From Oscillospiraceae bacterium (lineage in GTDB: Bacteria; Bacillota; Clostridia; UBA1212): 64,000 nucleotides of DNA. The notes under the pieces are model-generated. The model made no database searches and had not been told where the DNA came from. It saw only the letters and a list, made by a program, of their open reading frames with translations. The stretch lies in contig SVJA01000004.1 in the NCBI GenBank assembly GCA_015069195.1, positions 76,989 through 140,988 on the forward strand, given 5' to 3'. Below are positions 8,670 to 19,087 of this stretch, one piece after another (position 1 is the first letter of the stretch; the number at the start of each line of letters is the position of its first letter). The translations under genes and the position numbers were made by a program.

Positions 8670-11600
8670 TTGCAGGATGTTTTGGAAGAAAGTCTGAAAA
8701 AATCGAAGAGAGTCAGAGTGCGGAAAACATGGATGATTTCTATCTTGTTAGTGCTCTCTCTCGTTGTGTCGTTAGATGTATTTTGGTCGTTGCGTCAACC
8801 GGGATGGACTCTCGCGGGTGATGCTGATTGTAAAATTTTAGAGCACACACATGATGACGGCTGCCAAAACGGTGAAATTCCGTGCGAACTTGAGGAACAC
8901 GTACACTGCATCGAATGTTATTCTGATGAAAATGCAGATGTGGAATCTCAATTGGATTGGCAGAAAATGTTTTCCGACTATCCATTTACAGGGAATTTGC
9001 GTGAGGATTTGGTAGGAATTGCAAAGACACAGGTAGGCTATTCTGAAAGTACGTTAAATTTTGAAGTGGGTAGTGATGGGATCAGACGCGGTTATACACG
9101 TTACGGTGCATGGTACGGAGCTCCTTATATGGACTGGTCTGCGGCATTCGTTTCGTATTGTCTTAATTATGCAGGGGCTGATTCTGAGGAAACTCCCGGA
9201 AATACCGGTGCTTCCTCTATGGCAGAGGTCTGGAATAAATTAAATAAATATTTCCCTGCAGATGATTATAAGCCGGTGGCAGGTGATCTGGTATTCTTTG
9301 AAAACAATACAGTTGGTATTGTTACGGATGTACATAATGCTACGTTCTATGTTATTCGCGGTGATGTAAATAATGCTGTATGCAGTTATGCTGTGCCGTT
9401 AAAAGATGCTTCTGTTATAGGCTGGGGTTTAACCTGCGGAACTGCAGATGAAGCAAATCGTCCGTCTGTGGATTATCTACTGAATATTTCCGACGGACCG
9501 GCAGTGTTTATTTTTGAGGGAAGCGAAGTTCCAAAGCAGATACAACCGAAGATGCGTTTTTCACTTAAATCGTCGCGGCCCGTAATAGATTTGACCTCTT
9601 ATCTGGAATCAAACGGCGGCAGCTATTTCTTTACTTTGCTTGATCAGAACAATCAGGAAGTTCCGAAAGATGCAGACGGTAATTATATTGCACAATCTGA
9701 TACAGACTATAAACTGACAATCAGTTTTACCAGCCCTGAAGGTTTTGTACCCGGAACGTATCAATATCGGATTTCCAACGGAGTAACGGTTAACGGTGGA
9801 GACGGCCGATTCATTTTGAAAGACGGAACTGATGTCGGTAGTTGGACCGTATCAGATGATGGTCTGATTACATTGGATTTTAATGATCACATAAACAGCC
9901 GTATAGATATCACAATCAGTGCAACAATGGGAATAAAATTTCCTGAGCAGGACGAGCCTATTGATTTCGACGGAAAAATAATTGTAAAGATCGAAAAACC
10001 TGATGTAGAGAAAATTCCTACAAAGCTTAATAAGTGGGGTGTTCAGGGAAATGCCGAAACCTCCGGTAAGACTGATTCTACTAAAATATATTGGACCGCT
10101 TTGGTAGAAGGTCAGAGAGATTCTAAAATTCCCGGAAGTGTTCTGACGGATAAGATAGTTTCAGGTGAATGGCTTGGTGACCACAGATATACTGAATCCG
10201 ACATGGCAGGAGGTCTTACTTTCGGAGTATCAGAACCTGACCCGGTAACCGGACAGGCAGTTAATTGGCACAGATGGGTGGTTTATCCCGGCGATCCGAA
10301 CCTTACATGGAACGAAGACGGTTGGTCTTATAAATTCCCGGAAACTGCTTTTTGTCAATGGTGTGGTGAGGTTACACTCGGCAGTAATAATTGGTCATAT
10401 ACCGTTGAGTATACAAGTACTCCGATTCAGTCTGCTATAGCAGGTGCAATGGGATATATGAACAAAGTGGAAATAGAAAATCAATATGCAGACGGTTGGG
10501 CAGAGTTTACGCAAGGTGAACTTCACGGTGATGTTATAAAGCACGGTTCGTTTATTTCTGACGCAAGCGGCGGATCTTTCAGATGGGAACTTCAGGCTAC
10601 CATACCGGGGATGCGAGAAGGTCAGAAGAGTGACTACTTCTGGTATATTATGGACTATATGGATGTTCGTGACTACGAACTGAAGCTTTATGATTATGTT
10701 ACAAATGATGTTGATAAGTCTGTTGTTACTGCAGAACAGAACGGTGTTACGATTAAAGTTCCGAGCATTCATGATGCGACTGCAGCTGATCCGTATGCGT
10801 GGCATAACTACTGGTCGGTAGATCACGGAGACGGAATTTATTACGGCAGGCAGCTGAATCTTTTATGCCGATGTCACTGTAATGAAGCAAACTGTCAGTA
10901 TTGGAACAACGGCAGGTGTGAAAGTGAATACTGGTTTGAAGGAAAAGACGGCTATTGGTATACAAACGGATATTGCCAGTGCTGGACTGCAACTGAAAAT
11001 ACAATCTTTACTTTTGCTTACGAGACGGATGACATTTCTATAATAGAAAGATACGGTGGTATGGAAAATAGTTTGCGTAATGAAGCCGTATTGTATAACA
11101 AACCTAATGCTTATGACGGTGTTGTGGTTGCAAGTACGAATGCGCATGTTCCTATTCCGGGATTGTTTAAGAAAGAACTTACTCATGACTTTAACGGTTA
11201 TACAGCTAATTACAAGATTACTGTCAATGAGGGTAAATTGTCTCTTACAGACGGTACTCCGCTTACTATCCATGATGTTATGACGCAAACTCTTGTATAT
11301 ATCAGCGGTTCATTGGTGATTACTGCAGAGGATGCAAACGGTCATAGGACAACTTTGAAACAAGATGTCGATTATACAGTTACATACGACGGTACCGGAA
11401 ATGCTACGGATGAGCACGGCAAGCCGGTTCACATATTGGATATTGAGATACTGCATCCGCAGCCTGTAATGTATATTCTTGACTATGACACTACTCTGAT
11501 GATTCCTACCGGAACAACACAGGCTATAAAATACAGTAACTCCGCTGAAATTACTCTTTGGGGAGAGAAAATTAAGGATCCCGGTGTAGAAAAGGTTTAT

Positions 11601-12119
11601 GCTGATATAAATATTGCAGCTAAAAATTATAAGGTTGAATTATTTAAGACATGTGCATTAACCGGTAAAGCCCTCCGCGGAGCGACGTTCGGTCTTTTTA
11701 ATGAAAACGGCGGTCTTATTGCAACAGATGTGACAGATGCAAACGGAGCACTTAGTTTTCAGTCAAATATTGTAGAGGGTATTATCCTGAGAGAACATGT
11801 GCTTTACTATGTGCAGGAGCTGAAAGCTCCGCCCGGATATATTCTTGACGGAACAAAACATTGGTTTTGTTTCTGCGATGAAAGAGGTGATACTTGCAGT
11901 AAGTATGCAGGTATTATATCAGACACAGGGGCTTTACGTATTCCGTTTGAGCAGGTTGGTAAGATTAATGTAGAAAACCAAATCATGGACTATGACCTGC
12001 CCGCAACCGGTGGCCCCGGAACTTATCCCTTGATACTTACGAGTGTAATATTTATAATTACACCGTTTGTATATAGATTCATTCGAAGGCGCAAGCGAGA
12101 AGGGAGGGGCGTCGGTTAG
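8670..12119 (+). CDS. LPXTG-anchored pilus tip/ancillary adhesin with degenerate CHAP domain and Ig-like domains
   Basis: N-terminal hydrophobic segment, CHAP-like GYTRYGAWYG..WSAAFVSYC, E-box-like QELKAPPGY, LPATG+TM+RRRKR; TTG start after AGGAGG (track start 8652). Confidence 0.8.
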   Translation: MQDVLEESLKKSKRVRVRKTWMISILLVLSLVVSLDVFWSLRQPGWTLAGDADCKILEHTHDDGCQNGEIPCELEEHVHCIECYSDENADVESQLDWQKMFSDYPFTGNLREDLVGIAKTQVGYSESTLNFEVGSDGIRRGYTRYGAWYGAPYMDWSAAFVSYCLNYAGADSEETPGNTGASSMAEVWNKLNKYFPADDYKPVAGDLVFFENNTVGIVTDVHNATFYVIRGDVNNAVCSYAVPLKDASVIGWGLTCGTADEANRPSVDYLLNISDGPAVFIFEGSEVPKQIQPKMRFSLKSSRPVIDLTSYLESNGGSYFFTLLDQNNQEVPKDADGNYIAQSDTDYKLTISFTSPEGFVPGTYQYRISNGVTVNGGDGRFILKDGTDVGSWTVSDDGLITLDFNDHINSRIDITISATMGIKFPEQDEPIDFDGKIIVKIEKPDVEKIPTKLNKWGVQGNAETSGKTDSTKIYWTALVEGQRDSKIPGSVLTDKIVSGEWLGDHRYTESDMAGGLTFGVSEPDPVTGQAVNWHRWVVYPGDPNLTWNEDGWSYKFPETAFCQWCGEVTLGSNNWSYTVEYTSTPIQSAIAGAMGYMNKVEIENQYADGWAEFTQGELHGDVIKHGSFISDASGGSFRWELQATIPGMREGQKSDYFWYIMDYMDVRDYELKLYDYVTNDVDKSVVTAEQNGVTIKVPSIHDATAADPYAWHNYWSVDHGDGIYYGRQLNLLCRCHCNEANCQYWNNGRCESEYWFEGKDGYWYTNGYCQCWTATENTIFTFAYETDDISIIERYGGMENSLRNEAVLYNKPNAYDGVVVASTNAHVPIPGLFKKELTHDFNGYTANYKITVNEGKLSLTDGTPLTIHDVMTQTLVYISGSLVITAEDANGHRTTLKQDVDYTVTYDGTGNATDEHGKPVHILDIEILHPQPVMYILDYDTTLMIPTGTTQAIKYSNSAEITLWGEKIKDPGVEKVYADINIAAKNYKVELFKTCALTGKALRGATFGLFNENGGLIATDVTDANGALSFQSNIVEGIILREHVLYYVQELKAPPGYILDGTKHWFCFCDERGDTCSKYAGIISDTGALRIPFEQVGKINVENQIMDYDLPATGGPGTYPLILTSVIFIITPFVYRFIRRRKREGRGVG

Positions 12120-12204
12120 CTTCCCTTATTACGGCGAAAAAGTGCCGGAGATGAATCGAGAAAATATATAAATTTTGAACTAAATGTAGAAAGGAATTAA
12201 GAAA

Positions 12205-13824
12205 ATGAAAAAGTTTTTATCTATTTTGTTGACAGTAGCTATGCTTTTGACAATGAGCACTACTGTATTTGCTGCAGAAGACACAAGCCTTAATATCACA
12301 GGTCCTGCAGGCAGAACTTATGCAGGTTACAAATTGTTGAATTTGACAACCAGCCTTAAAGAAGGCAGTCATCATCCTGCTGCTTGTGACGGCAATCACT
12401 CTGATGATTGTTACAACTATGCGTATACTGTAGCCGACAAGTATCGCACAATATTGCAGAATGAGACTCATACAAACGGCAGAAATGAACTCTGGGTAAC
12501 TAATGGTAAGCCCGCTACTGCTGCAGGTGTAACAGACGCACAGATTCTTGAATATCTTTCAGGACAGAGCAGTGATAACGGCGACGTTTATATGACTATG
12601 AGACTGGTTGCAGACCGTATCTACCGTGCGATTAAAGCTGCAGGTATAGAAGCTGATAAGACTGATCTTACAGGTGTAAATGACAGCATCGAACAGGGTT
12701 ACTGGATGTTTGCTGACGTAACTAACCTTACAGGTAATGAGACTAATTCTTTGGTTATGGTAGACACAAAGGGTCAGAATGCTGTTACAATCAATCCTAA
12801 GACTGCACTTCCTACTGTAGAGAAGAAGGTAAAAGATATTGATGACAGCGAAGACGATAACATTCTTGATAACGGCTGGAATGATTCTGCCGACCATGAT
12901 ATAGGAGATACTGTTCCATTTAAACTTACAGCAACACTCCCCAGCAATGCACAGTTCTATCAGTCATATAAAATTGTATTCCACGATACTCTTTCAGCCG
13001 GCCTTACTTTGAACGATGCTTCTATCAAGGTTCTTATGTATGAAACAAAGCACAAAGCTGACGTGGATACTGATCTGAACGATTCTATGAAAGATGTTAC
13101 TGCTGATTTTGTTATAACAACTGACGGATTGGCAGATGATTGCACATTTGAAGTTGCTCGTGAGAATATATTTACCATTGAAGGCGTAACAAAAGATACT
13201 GCTTTCGTTGTTTATTACGAAGCAACTCTTAATGATGCTGCTGTAATGGGTAGTGCAGGAAACGCTAACGAAGTATATCTCGAATTCTCGAATGATCCTT
13301 ACGGTGATTCAACAGGTGATACTGAGTCTGATAAGGTTGTAGTATTTACTTACGAATTGATCATTAACAAAACAGATTCACACGGTCATCCCCTCGAAGG
13401 CGCAGGCTTTACTTTGTACAAAAAAGATATTTCAGGAACTTACAATGTACTTGGTACAGAGATTAAGGGCGATGCCATGACAACATTTACTTGGTCAGGT
13501 CTTGATGATGGCGATTACAAGTTGGTAGAGAGCACTGTGCCTGCAGGTTACAACAAAATGTCTGATATAGCATTCTCGGTTTCAGCAGAACACAGCGAAA
13601 TAAACGGTGAACCTTCTCTCACACTCTTGGATGGCGATTTGATGGGTCTCGGTGATGTCGCTACAGGTGCAATCACAAAAGATATTGTCAACAATACAGG
13701 TACCGTTCTCCCTGAAACAGGTGCACAGGGTACATTCTTCCTTATTCTCGGTGGTGCTTTACTTGTAGTTGTTGCTGCAGTATTTATGATTACACGTAAG
13801 AAAATGTCCGTTTATGAGGATTGA
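12205..13824 (+). CDS. major (backbone) pilin, isopeptide-forming
   Basis: signal peptide, pilin motif INPK, E-box YKLVESTVPAGYN, LPETG sorting signal. Confidence 0.9.
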   Translation: MKKFLSILLTVAMLLTMSTTVFAAEDTSLNITGPAGRTYAGYKLLNLTTSLKEGSHHPAACDGNHSDDCYNYAYTVADKYRTILQNETHTNGRNELWVTNGKPATAAGVTDAQILEYLSGQSSDNGDVYMTMRLVADRIYRAIKAAGIEADKTDLTGVNDSIEQGYWMFADVTNLTGNETNSLVMVDTKGQNAVTINPKTALPTVEKKVKDIDDSEDDNILDNGWNDSADHDIGDTVPFKLTATLPSNAQFYQSYKIVFHDTLSAGLTLNDASIKVLMYETKHKADVDTDLNDSMKDVTADFVITTDGLADDCTFEVARENIFTIEGVTKDTAFVVYYEATLNDAAVMGSAGNANEVYLEFSNDPYGDSTGDTESDKVVVFTYELIINKTDSHGHPLEGAGFTLYKKDISGTYNVLGTEIKGDAMTTFTWSGLDDGDYKLVESTVPAGYNKMSDIAFSVSAEHSEINGEPSLTLLDGDLMGLGDVATGAITKDIVNNTGTVLPETGAQGTFFLILGGALLVVVAAVFMITRKKMSVYED

Positions 13825-13863
13825 TTTATTGAAACATAATTGTATGTTTTGTTTGTTTTGAGT

Positions 13864-13904
13864 GTTGAGGCGGATGGCTGTTCCGTCATCCGCCTTAACT
13901 TTTT
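13864..13904 (+). terminator. hairpin/terminator after major pilin gene
   Basis: GTTGAGGCGGATGGC...GTCATCCGCCTTAAC followed by T run. Confidence 0.65.
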
Positions 13905-13920
13905 ATAAGGCAGTGGAGAG

Positions 13921-14790
13921 ATGCGTATGAAGAAGAATAAAATAGGAATACTATTAGTTCTGATGCTGTTCGTGGGCGTCTGTGGACTGCTTTATCCGTC
14001 TGTGAGTCAGTATTGGAACACAAAAACTCAGACTCGCGCCGTAGAAAATTACATGGAAATTTTGGAATCTTTAAAACCTGAAGACTACGAAACTTTTTAT
14101 CAGGAAGCAGAAACGTATAATAAAGAGCTTAATGAACTTACAATACCGTTAGCTGATTATCGTCAGTTAAAAGGATACAACGATATTCTCAATGTAAGCG
14201 GAAATGGTATCATGGGATACATAACTGTTCCTAAATTGGGTATAGAATTGCCTTTATATCATGGGATTTCTGCCGAAGTATTGAATGTTGCTTGCGGTCA
14301 TTTAGAAGGTACGTCTTTTCCCGTAGGGGGAGAAAGTACACATTCCGTTCTTTCTGCACATAGAGGTCTTCCTCATGCTAAACTGTTTACGGAATTGGAT
14401 AAGATGGAGATCGGCGATACTTTTATGATTACGGTATTGGGCAGGACGGTTACATATCAGGTAGATCAGATTAAAGTTGTTCGCCCGAATGATGTTAATG
14501 ATATACGAATCATAGAAGGCGAGGATTTGTGTACACTGCTTACATGTACGCCTTACGGAATAAATTCACATAGGTTGTTGGTGCGCGGAACGCGTATTGA
14601 AAATGCTGCGCCGGTTTTGTATGTCACATCCAACGCTTATAAAATAGATTCATTGGTGGCTACTCCAATAGTAGCTGCACCGATTTTGTTGATTTTGTTA
14701 GTTGTGTTGATGGTCAAGTATAGAGATAAGGGCAGCAAACCGCTTATATCAAAGGAGGATGACGAATGGGTAAAAGAAAAATTGAAATAA
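13921..14790 (+). CDS. srtC: class C (pilus) sortase
   Basis: HLEGTSFP, SAHRGLP, LLTCTPYGINSHRLLVRG, C-terminal TM. Confidence 0.93.
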   Translation: MRMKKNKIGILLVLMLFVGVCGLLYPSVSQYWNTKTQTRAVENYMEILESLKPEDYETFYQEAETYNKELNELTIPLADYRQLKGYNDILNVSGNGIMGYITVPKLGIELPLYHGISAEVLNVACGHLEGTSFPVGGESTHSVLSAHRGLPHAKLFTELDKMEIGDTFMITVLGRTVTYQVDQIKVVRPNDVNDIRIIEGEDLCTLLTCTPYGINSHRLLVRGTRIENAAPVLYVTSNAYKIDSLVATPIVAAPILLILLVVLMVKYRDKGSKPLISKEDDEWVKEKLK

Positions 14791-15731
14791 TTGCTTTCTT
14801 GCTTTGTATATGTCTGTGCCTGTGTCTGAATCCGTGCCATACACAATCTGCTTCAACGACCGAAGCAACAGAATTGATTTATACTGATAAGGATTGCTCG
14901 TTAACTGTTTCATATATTTGTGGGGAAAATAAATTTTCCGATATGCCTGTAAGAATGTATAAAGTTGCGGAAGTGTCTGCGGATTACCAATATACTCTTA
15001 CAGTGTCATTTGCCGATACAGGTCTTATCATTAACGGTATTAAGTCTGTCGGAGAGTGGAACGTTATCCGTTCAACGTTAGAAACGCATATTATTGCAAA
15101 TTCGACAGAACCGGATATAAAAATTATGACGGACAAAAACGGACAGGCTTGTTTTACTGATTTAAAGCCCGGATTATATCTGACGACAACAGAAAAAGTT
15201 ATTTTAGATGATTATATATATTCCTTTGACTCTGCACTTGTTGCTTTGCCAGGACTTGAAGATGACGGCACTTGGCAGTATGAGGTTTCAGTAAATGCAA
15301 AATCAGCGGTTATGCCTCCGATTGAGCCGGATGAAGAAACTGAATTGAAAGTAGTGAAACTCTGGAAGGGTGACAACAGTCAGAAAGAACGTCCGACGGA
15401 AATTGAAGTTGAAATATTCCGTGATGGCACAAGTTATAAGAAAGTAATGCTATCTGAAGAAAATCATTGGTCATACAGCTGGTCGGTAAAAAATGATGGT
15501 GCTGATTGGAAAGTCATCGAACGAAACATTCCTTCAGTCTATACTATGACTGTTGAGAAACGAGGAACAACCTTTATTTTAACGAATACGCTGAATCCTG
15601 AAGATCCGGACACACCACGTCCTCCGCATACCGGAGATACCGCAAACATCATGCTATATATAATCTTGATGACCGTATCCGGAGTTGTATTTGTTGCTAT
15701 TGGATTTATAGGAAAGAGAAAACACTCATGA
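14766..15731 (+). CDS. Cna B-type minor/basal pilin
   Basis: signal peptide, CnaB repeat (VVKLW..RP..LSEENHWSYSW), PHTGD sorting signal + TM. Confidence 0.8.
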   Translation: MGKRKIEIIAFLLCICLCLCLNPCHTQSASTTEATELIYTDKDCSLTVSYICGENKFSDMPVRMYKVAEVSADYQYTLTVSFADTGLIINGIKSVGEWNVIRSTLETHIIANSTEPDIKIMTDKNGQACFTDLKPGLYLTTTEKVILDDYIYSFDSALVALPGLEDDGTWQYEVSVNAKSAVMPPIEPDEETELKVVKLWKGDNSQKERPTEIEVEIFRDGTSYKKVMLSEENHWSYSWSVKNDGADWKVIERNIPSVYTMTVEKRGTTFILTNTLNPEDPDTPRPPHTGDTANIMLYIILMTVSGVVFVAIGFIGKRKHS

Positions 15732-16318
15732 AGAATCTGAAGAATGGTCTTGCTTGGAAAATTTGTGCTATTACAGGTGTTTGTCTGATTGTGGCCGCAA
15801 TGGCGTGGTTGGTGATATGGCAAAGCGGTATTGGTTCTTCTGTAAAAAAGGCGGAATACTATGCAGATACGATTCGTACATTGATTCCGGAACCACAAGG
15901 TGCAGTTTTGACAGAGCGAAGAGATAATAATATGTCAACGCTTTCTATAGATGATACAAATTTTGTCGGTATCATAGAAATGCCTCGCTATGAGTCTGTT
16001 CTTCCTGTATGTGCTGATTGGGGCAACCTGTCTGATTATCCTTGCCGTTTCAGCGGAAGTGTTTATGACCGTACCATGCAAGTCGGAGGTACTTCTCAAA
16101 AGGGACAGTATGATTTTTACCGTGATATTTCTGTGGGAGATTCCGTTTTCTTTACGGATATGGAAGGAAACCGTTATGAATACGCAGTAACCGATATTAA
16201 ATATGAAAATAATGCAGATCAGAATACTCTTAACCGCAATGATTCTGCACTGACTTTGTTTATAAAAAATATTTATGCATTTGAATATATAATAATTTCT
16301 TGTGATGTATTGAACTGA
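15728..16318 (+). CDS. sortase-fold protein lacking catalytic residues
   Basis: TM + GIIEMP..LPV, GDSVFFTD..YEYAV, LTLFIK in place of TLxTC. Confidence 0.7.
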   Translation: MKNLKNGLAWKICAITGVCLIVAAMAWLVIWQSGIGSSVKKAEYYADTIRTLIPEPQGAVLTERRDNNMSTLSIDDTNFVGIIEMPRYESVLPVCADWGNLSDYPCRFSGSVYDRTMQVGGTSQKGQYDFYRDISVGDSVFFTDMEGNRYEYAVTDIKYENNADQNTLNRNDSALTLFIKNIYAFEYIIISCDVLN

Positions 16319-16472
16319 TTTTTAAAAAATATTATGAATTTATTGATCTGAACATATAAATGCGTTCTGCGTTTTGCAGGAGGCATTTTTTGTTTTTGCG
16401 GCAAGGCACTATTTTCCTGAAGAATGAATACCATATTGATGAGAATAATTTTCAGAAAGAAATAGTTTTTAA

Positions 16473-16739
16473 GTGGAAACATTGAACGAATTAAAAACGG
16501 GACAAAAATGTGTTGTAGAAAAAGTTGACACTTCGTTAGATATAAAACGCAGATTGATGGATCTGGGTGTTGTGAAAAATGCTGAAATTGAATGTGCTTT
16601 GATAAGTCCTGTCGGTGATCCGAAGGCTTTTTATATAAAAGGGGCGTTGATTGCGCTCAGGGAAGAAGATTCATCGAAAATAAATGTGAGAATTTGTGAT
16701 AAAGAATCAAACTCCGATGAAAAGGGGTGGGGCGAATGA
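16473..16739 (+). CDS. feoA: ferrous iron transport protein A
   Basis: RRLMDLG, SPVGDP, IALR motifs. Confidence 0.9.
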   Translation: METLNELKTGQKCVVEKVDTSLDIKRRLMDLGVVKNAEIECALISPVGDPKAFYIKGALIALREEDSSKINVRICDKESNSDEKGWGE

Positions 16740-18934
16740 ATTGTTTTACCGTGGCTCTTGCAGGAAATCCTAACGTCGGCAAAAGCACCGTGTTTAATTC
16801 TTTGACCGGTATGCGACAGCACACAGGAAATTGGCCCGGCAAGACAGTGGAAAGCGCTGTAGGATATTTCGATTGTTTCGGGATTCGTTGCAGGATGGTT
16901 GATCTTCCGGGAACATATTCACTTTTGTCACACTCTCAGGAGGAAGAAATTGCAAGAGATTTTATTTGTTTTGAAAATCCTGATTGTGTCGTGGTCGTAT
17001 GTGATGCAACTTGCCTTGAACGCAACTTAAATCTCGCACTGCAAATAATTGAAATAACCGACCGTGTAATAGTTTGTGTAAACCTTATGGATGAGGCGAA
17101 AAAGTTCGGTATTGATTTGGATTTGGATAAGCTTTCTGAATTTTTAGGTGTACCGGTTGTAGGAACGAGTGCAAGGTCAAATAAAGGAATTGATTTGCTC
17201 AAAGAAGCAATTTTTGATATGGCTGAAAAATCGTCGGAACGTATAGGCTTGTCAGCAGAGCACACGGAACGGAAAGCTGTTTTGTATCCCGATGAAATCG
17301 AAAAAGGCATTGAACTGATTTCACCCTACGTGGAGCAAGTCTACACCGGTTACGTCAGTAGTCGCTGGATAGCTCTCAGACTTTTAAGCCGTGATTATGA
17401 AATTATCGAAGGCATTAACAGCAAGCTTCGAAGTAATTGTTTTATCGGTGATGACGAGAGCGTCGGAGACGCTCCGCGGATGCTGGCGGCTGCGCTCCGG
17501 CTCGCGCAGCCGCCGGAAGATGCTTCGGAAATCATTGTTGAGAGCATCTTCCGCCGCGCAAGCGCGGCAGCATCCGTTGCTGCCGGAAGCCAAGGCAGTG
17601 TCGGTGAGAACTTGGCTTCCGGCGCTAAATCCGGTGACGGTAAAAAAGTTGTCAATGCCGCCACCGGAGAATCCGCTGAAAAAAACAAGTTGAAAGAACG
17701 CAACATGCGTTTTGATAAAATATTTACCGGAAAACTTACAGGACTACCGATAATGTTGTTGCTCTTGTGTGTTGTGCTTTGGATAACGATAGAAGGTGCA
17801 AATTATCCATCAATGTTGTTGTCGGAAGTATTGCTCGGGCTTGAAAGTAAGATTTCGGCAGGCTTGAATGTAATAGGTTGTCCGGTAGGATTGCGAAGTT
17901 TTTTGTGCGAAGGCGTTTACAGGGTGGTTGCGTGGGTCGTATCGGTGATGTTGCCGCCGATGGCAATATTCTTTCCGTTGTTTACGATTTTAGAGGACTT
18001 CGGGTATTTGCCGAGAGTTGCATTTAATCTTGATAAATATTACAAAAGTTCAGGCGCTTGCGGAAAGCAATCACTTACGCATAGTATGGGATTCGGTTGC
18101 AATGCGGTTGGCGTTACCGGTTGCAGGATAATTGATTCCCCGAGGGAAAGACTTATTGCGATAATTACAAACTGCTTTGCTCCGTGCAACGGAAGATTTC
18201 CGATGATAATAACGGTGATATCGGTGTTTTTTGCCGTGTTTGCCTCAAAGCATATTAATTCCGTGCTGTCTGCGGCAATAGTTTCGGTTGTTATAGTTGC
18301 AGGAATTTTTTCATCGCTTGTTGTATCGAAATTCTTATCAAAAACGTTGCTCAAAGGTGAGCCGTCGTCATTTGCTATGGAGATGCCGCCGTACAGAACA
18401 CCGCAGGTGGGAAAAGTCATAGTGCGGTCATTTCTTGATAGAACATTTTTTGTGTTGGGAAGAGCGATAACTGCCGCTGCGCCTGCAGGTGCAATAATTT
18501 GGGCGCTTACAAATGTGCGTGCCGGTACTGAAAATATGAGTTTGTTTGAAATATTTGCCGATGTTTTGGATCCTCTTGGTCAACTGATGGGACTTGACGG
18601 AGTGATATTGATCGCATTTATACTCGGATTTCCGGCAAATGAAATTGTTTTTCCTTTAATAATTATGGGCTACACGGCTTCCGGAAGTCTTTCAGAAGTC
18701 GGCAGTATTGAAACGGTAAGGGAACTTCTGATATCAAACGGTTGGACACCTGTAACTGCGATTTGTGTAATTGTTTTTGTGTTGATGCATTGGCCGTGTG
18801 CGACGACCTGTATGACGATAAAAAAAGAAACAGGAAGCTTCAAATGGACTTTGCTTGGCATATTGCTTCCGACTTTGTGCGGAGTGATTTGCTGTATGTT
18901 GATTAACGGAATAGCTTTTCTTGTGAGATGTTAA
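16736..18934 (+). CDS. feoB: ferrous iron transport protein B
   Basis: GNPNVGKS, GNWPGKTVE, DLPGTYSL, NLMD, GFGCN, multiple TM segments. Confidence 0.95.
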   Translation: MNCFTVALAGNPNVGKSTVFNSLTGMRQHTGNWPGKTVESAVGYFDCFGIRCRMVDLPGTYSLLSHSQEEEIARDFICFENPDCVVVVCDATCLERNLNLALQIIEITDRVIVCVNLMDEAKKFGIDLDLDKLSEFLGVPVVGTSARSNKGIDLLKEAIFDMAEKSSERIGLSAEHTERKAVLYPDEIEKGIELISPYVEQVYTGYVSSRWIALRLLSRDYEIIEGINSKLRSNCFIGDDESVGDAPRMLAAALRLAQPPEDASEIIVESIFRRASAAASVAAGSQGSVGENLASGAKSGDGKKVVNAATGESAEKNKLKERNMRFDKIFTGKLTGLPIMLLLLCVVLWITIEGANYPSMLLSEVLLGLESKISAGLNVIGCPVGLRSFLCEGVYRVVAWVVSVMLPPMAIFFPLFTILEDFGYLPRVAFNLDKYYKSSGACGKQSLTHSMGFGCNAVGVTGCRIIDSPRERLIAIITNCFAPCNGRFPMIITVISVFFAVFASKHINSVLSAAIVSVVIVAGIFSSLVVSKFLSKTLLKGEPSSFAMEMPPYRTPQVGKVIVRSFLDRTFFVLGRAITAAAPAGAIIWALTNVRAGTENMSLFEIFADVLDPLGQLMGLDGVILIAFILGFPANEIVFPLIIMGYTASGSLSEVGSIETVRELLISNGWTPVTAICVIVFVLMHWPCATTCMTIKKETGSFKWTLLGILLPTLCGVICCMLINGIAFLVRC

Positions 18935-18953
18935 AATGTTAAGAAAATGTTAA

Positions 18954-18995
18954 TTTCGGGCGTGGTTTCAAATGCGTTTGAAACCACGCCCGAAA
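18954..18995 (+). terminator. strong hairpin after feoB
   Basis: TTTCGGGCGTGGTTTCAAA-TGCG-TTTGAAACCACGCCCGAAA. Confidence 0.75.
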
Positions 18996-19087
18996 GCCCT
19001 TCGTTGCGCCGATTTTTGTATACAAGTATACAAAAATATTATATAATATTTTTAATAAATTTGTTCGATATAAGGGAGGGTGATTGT

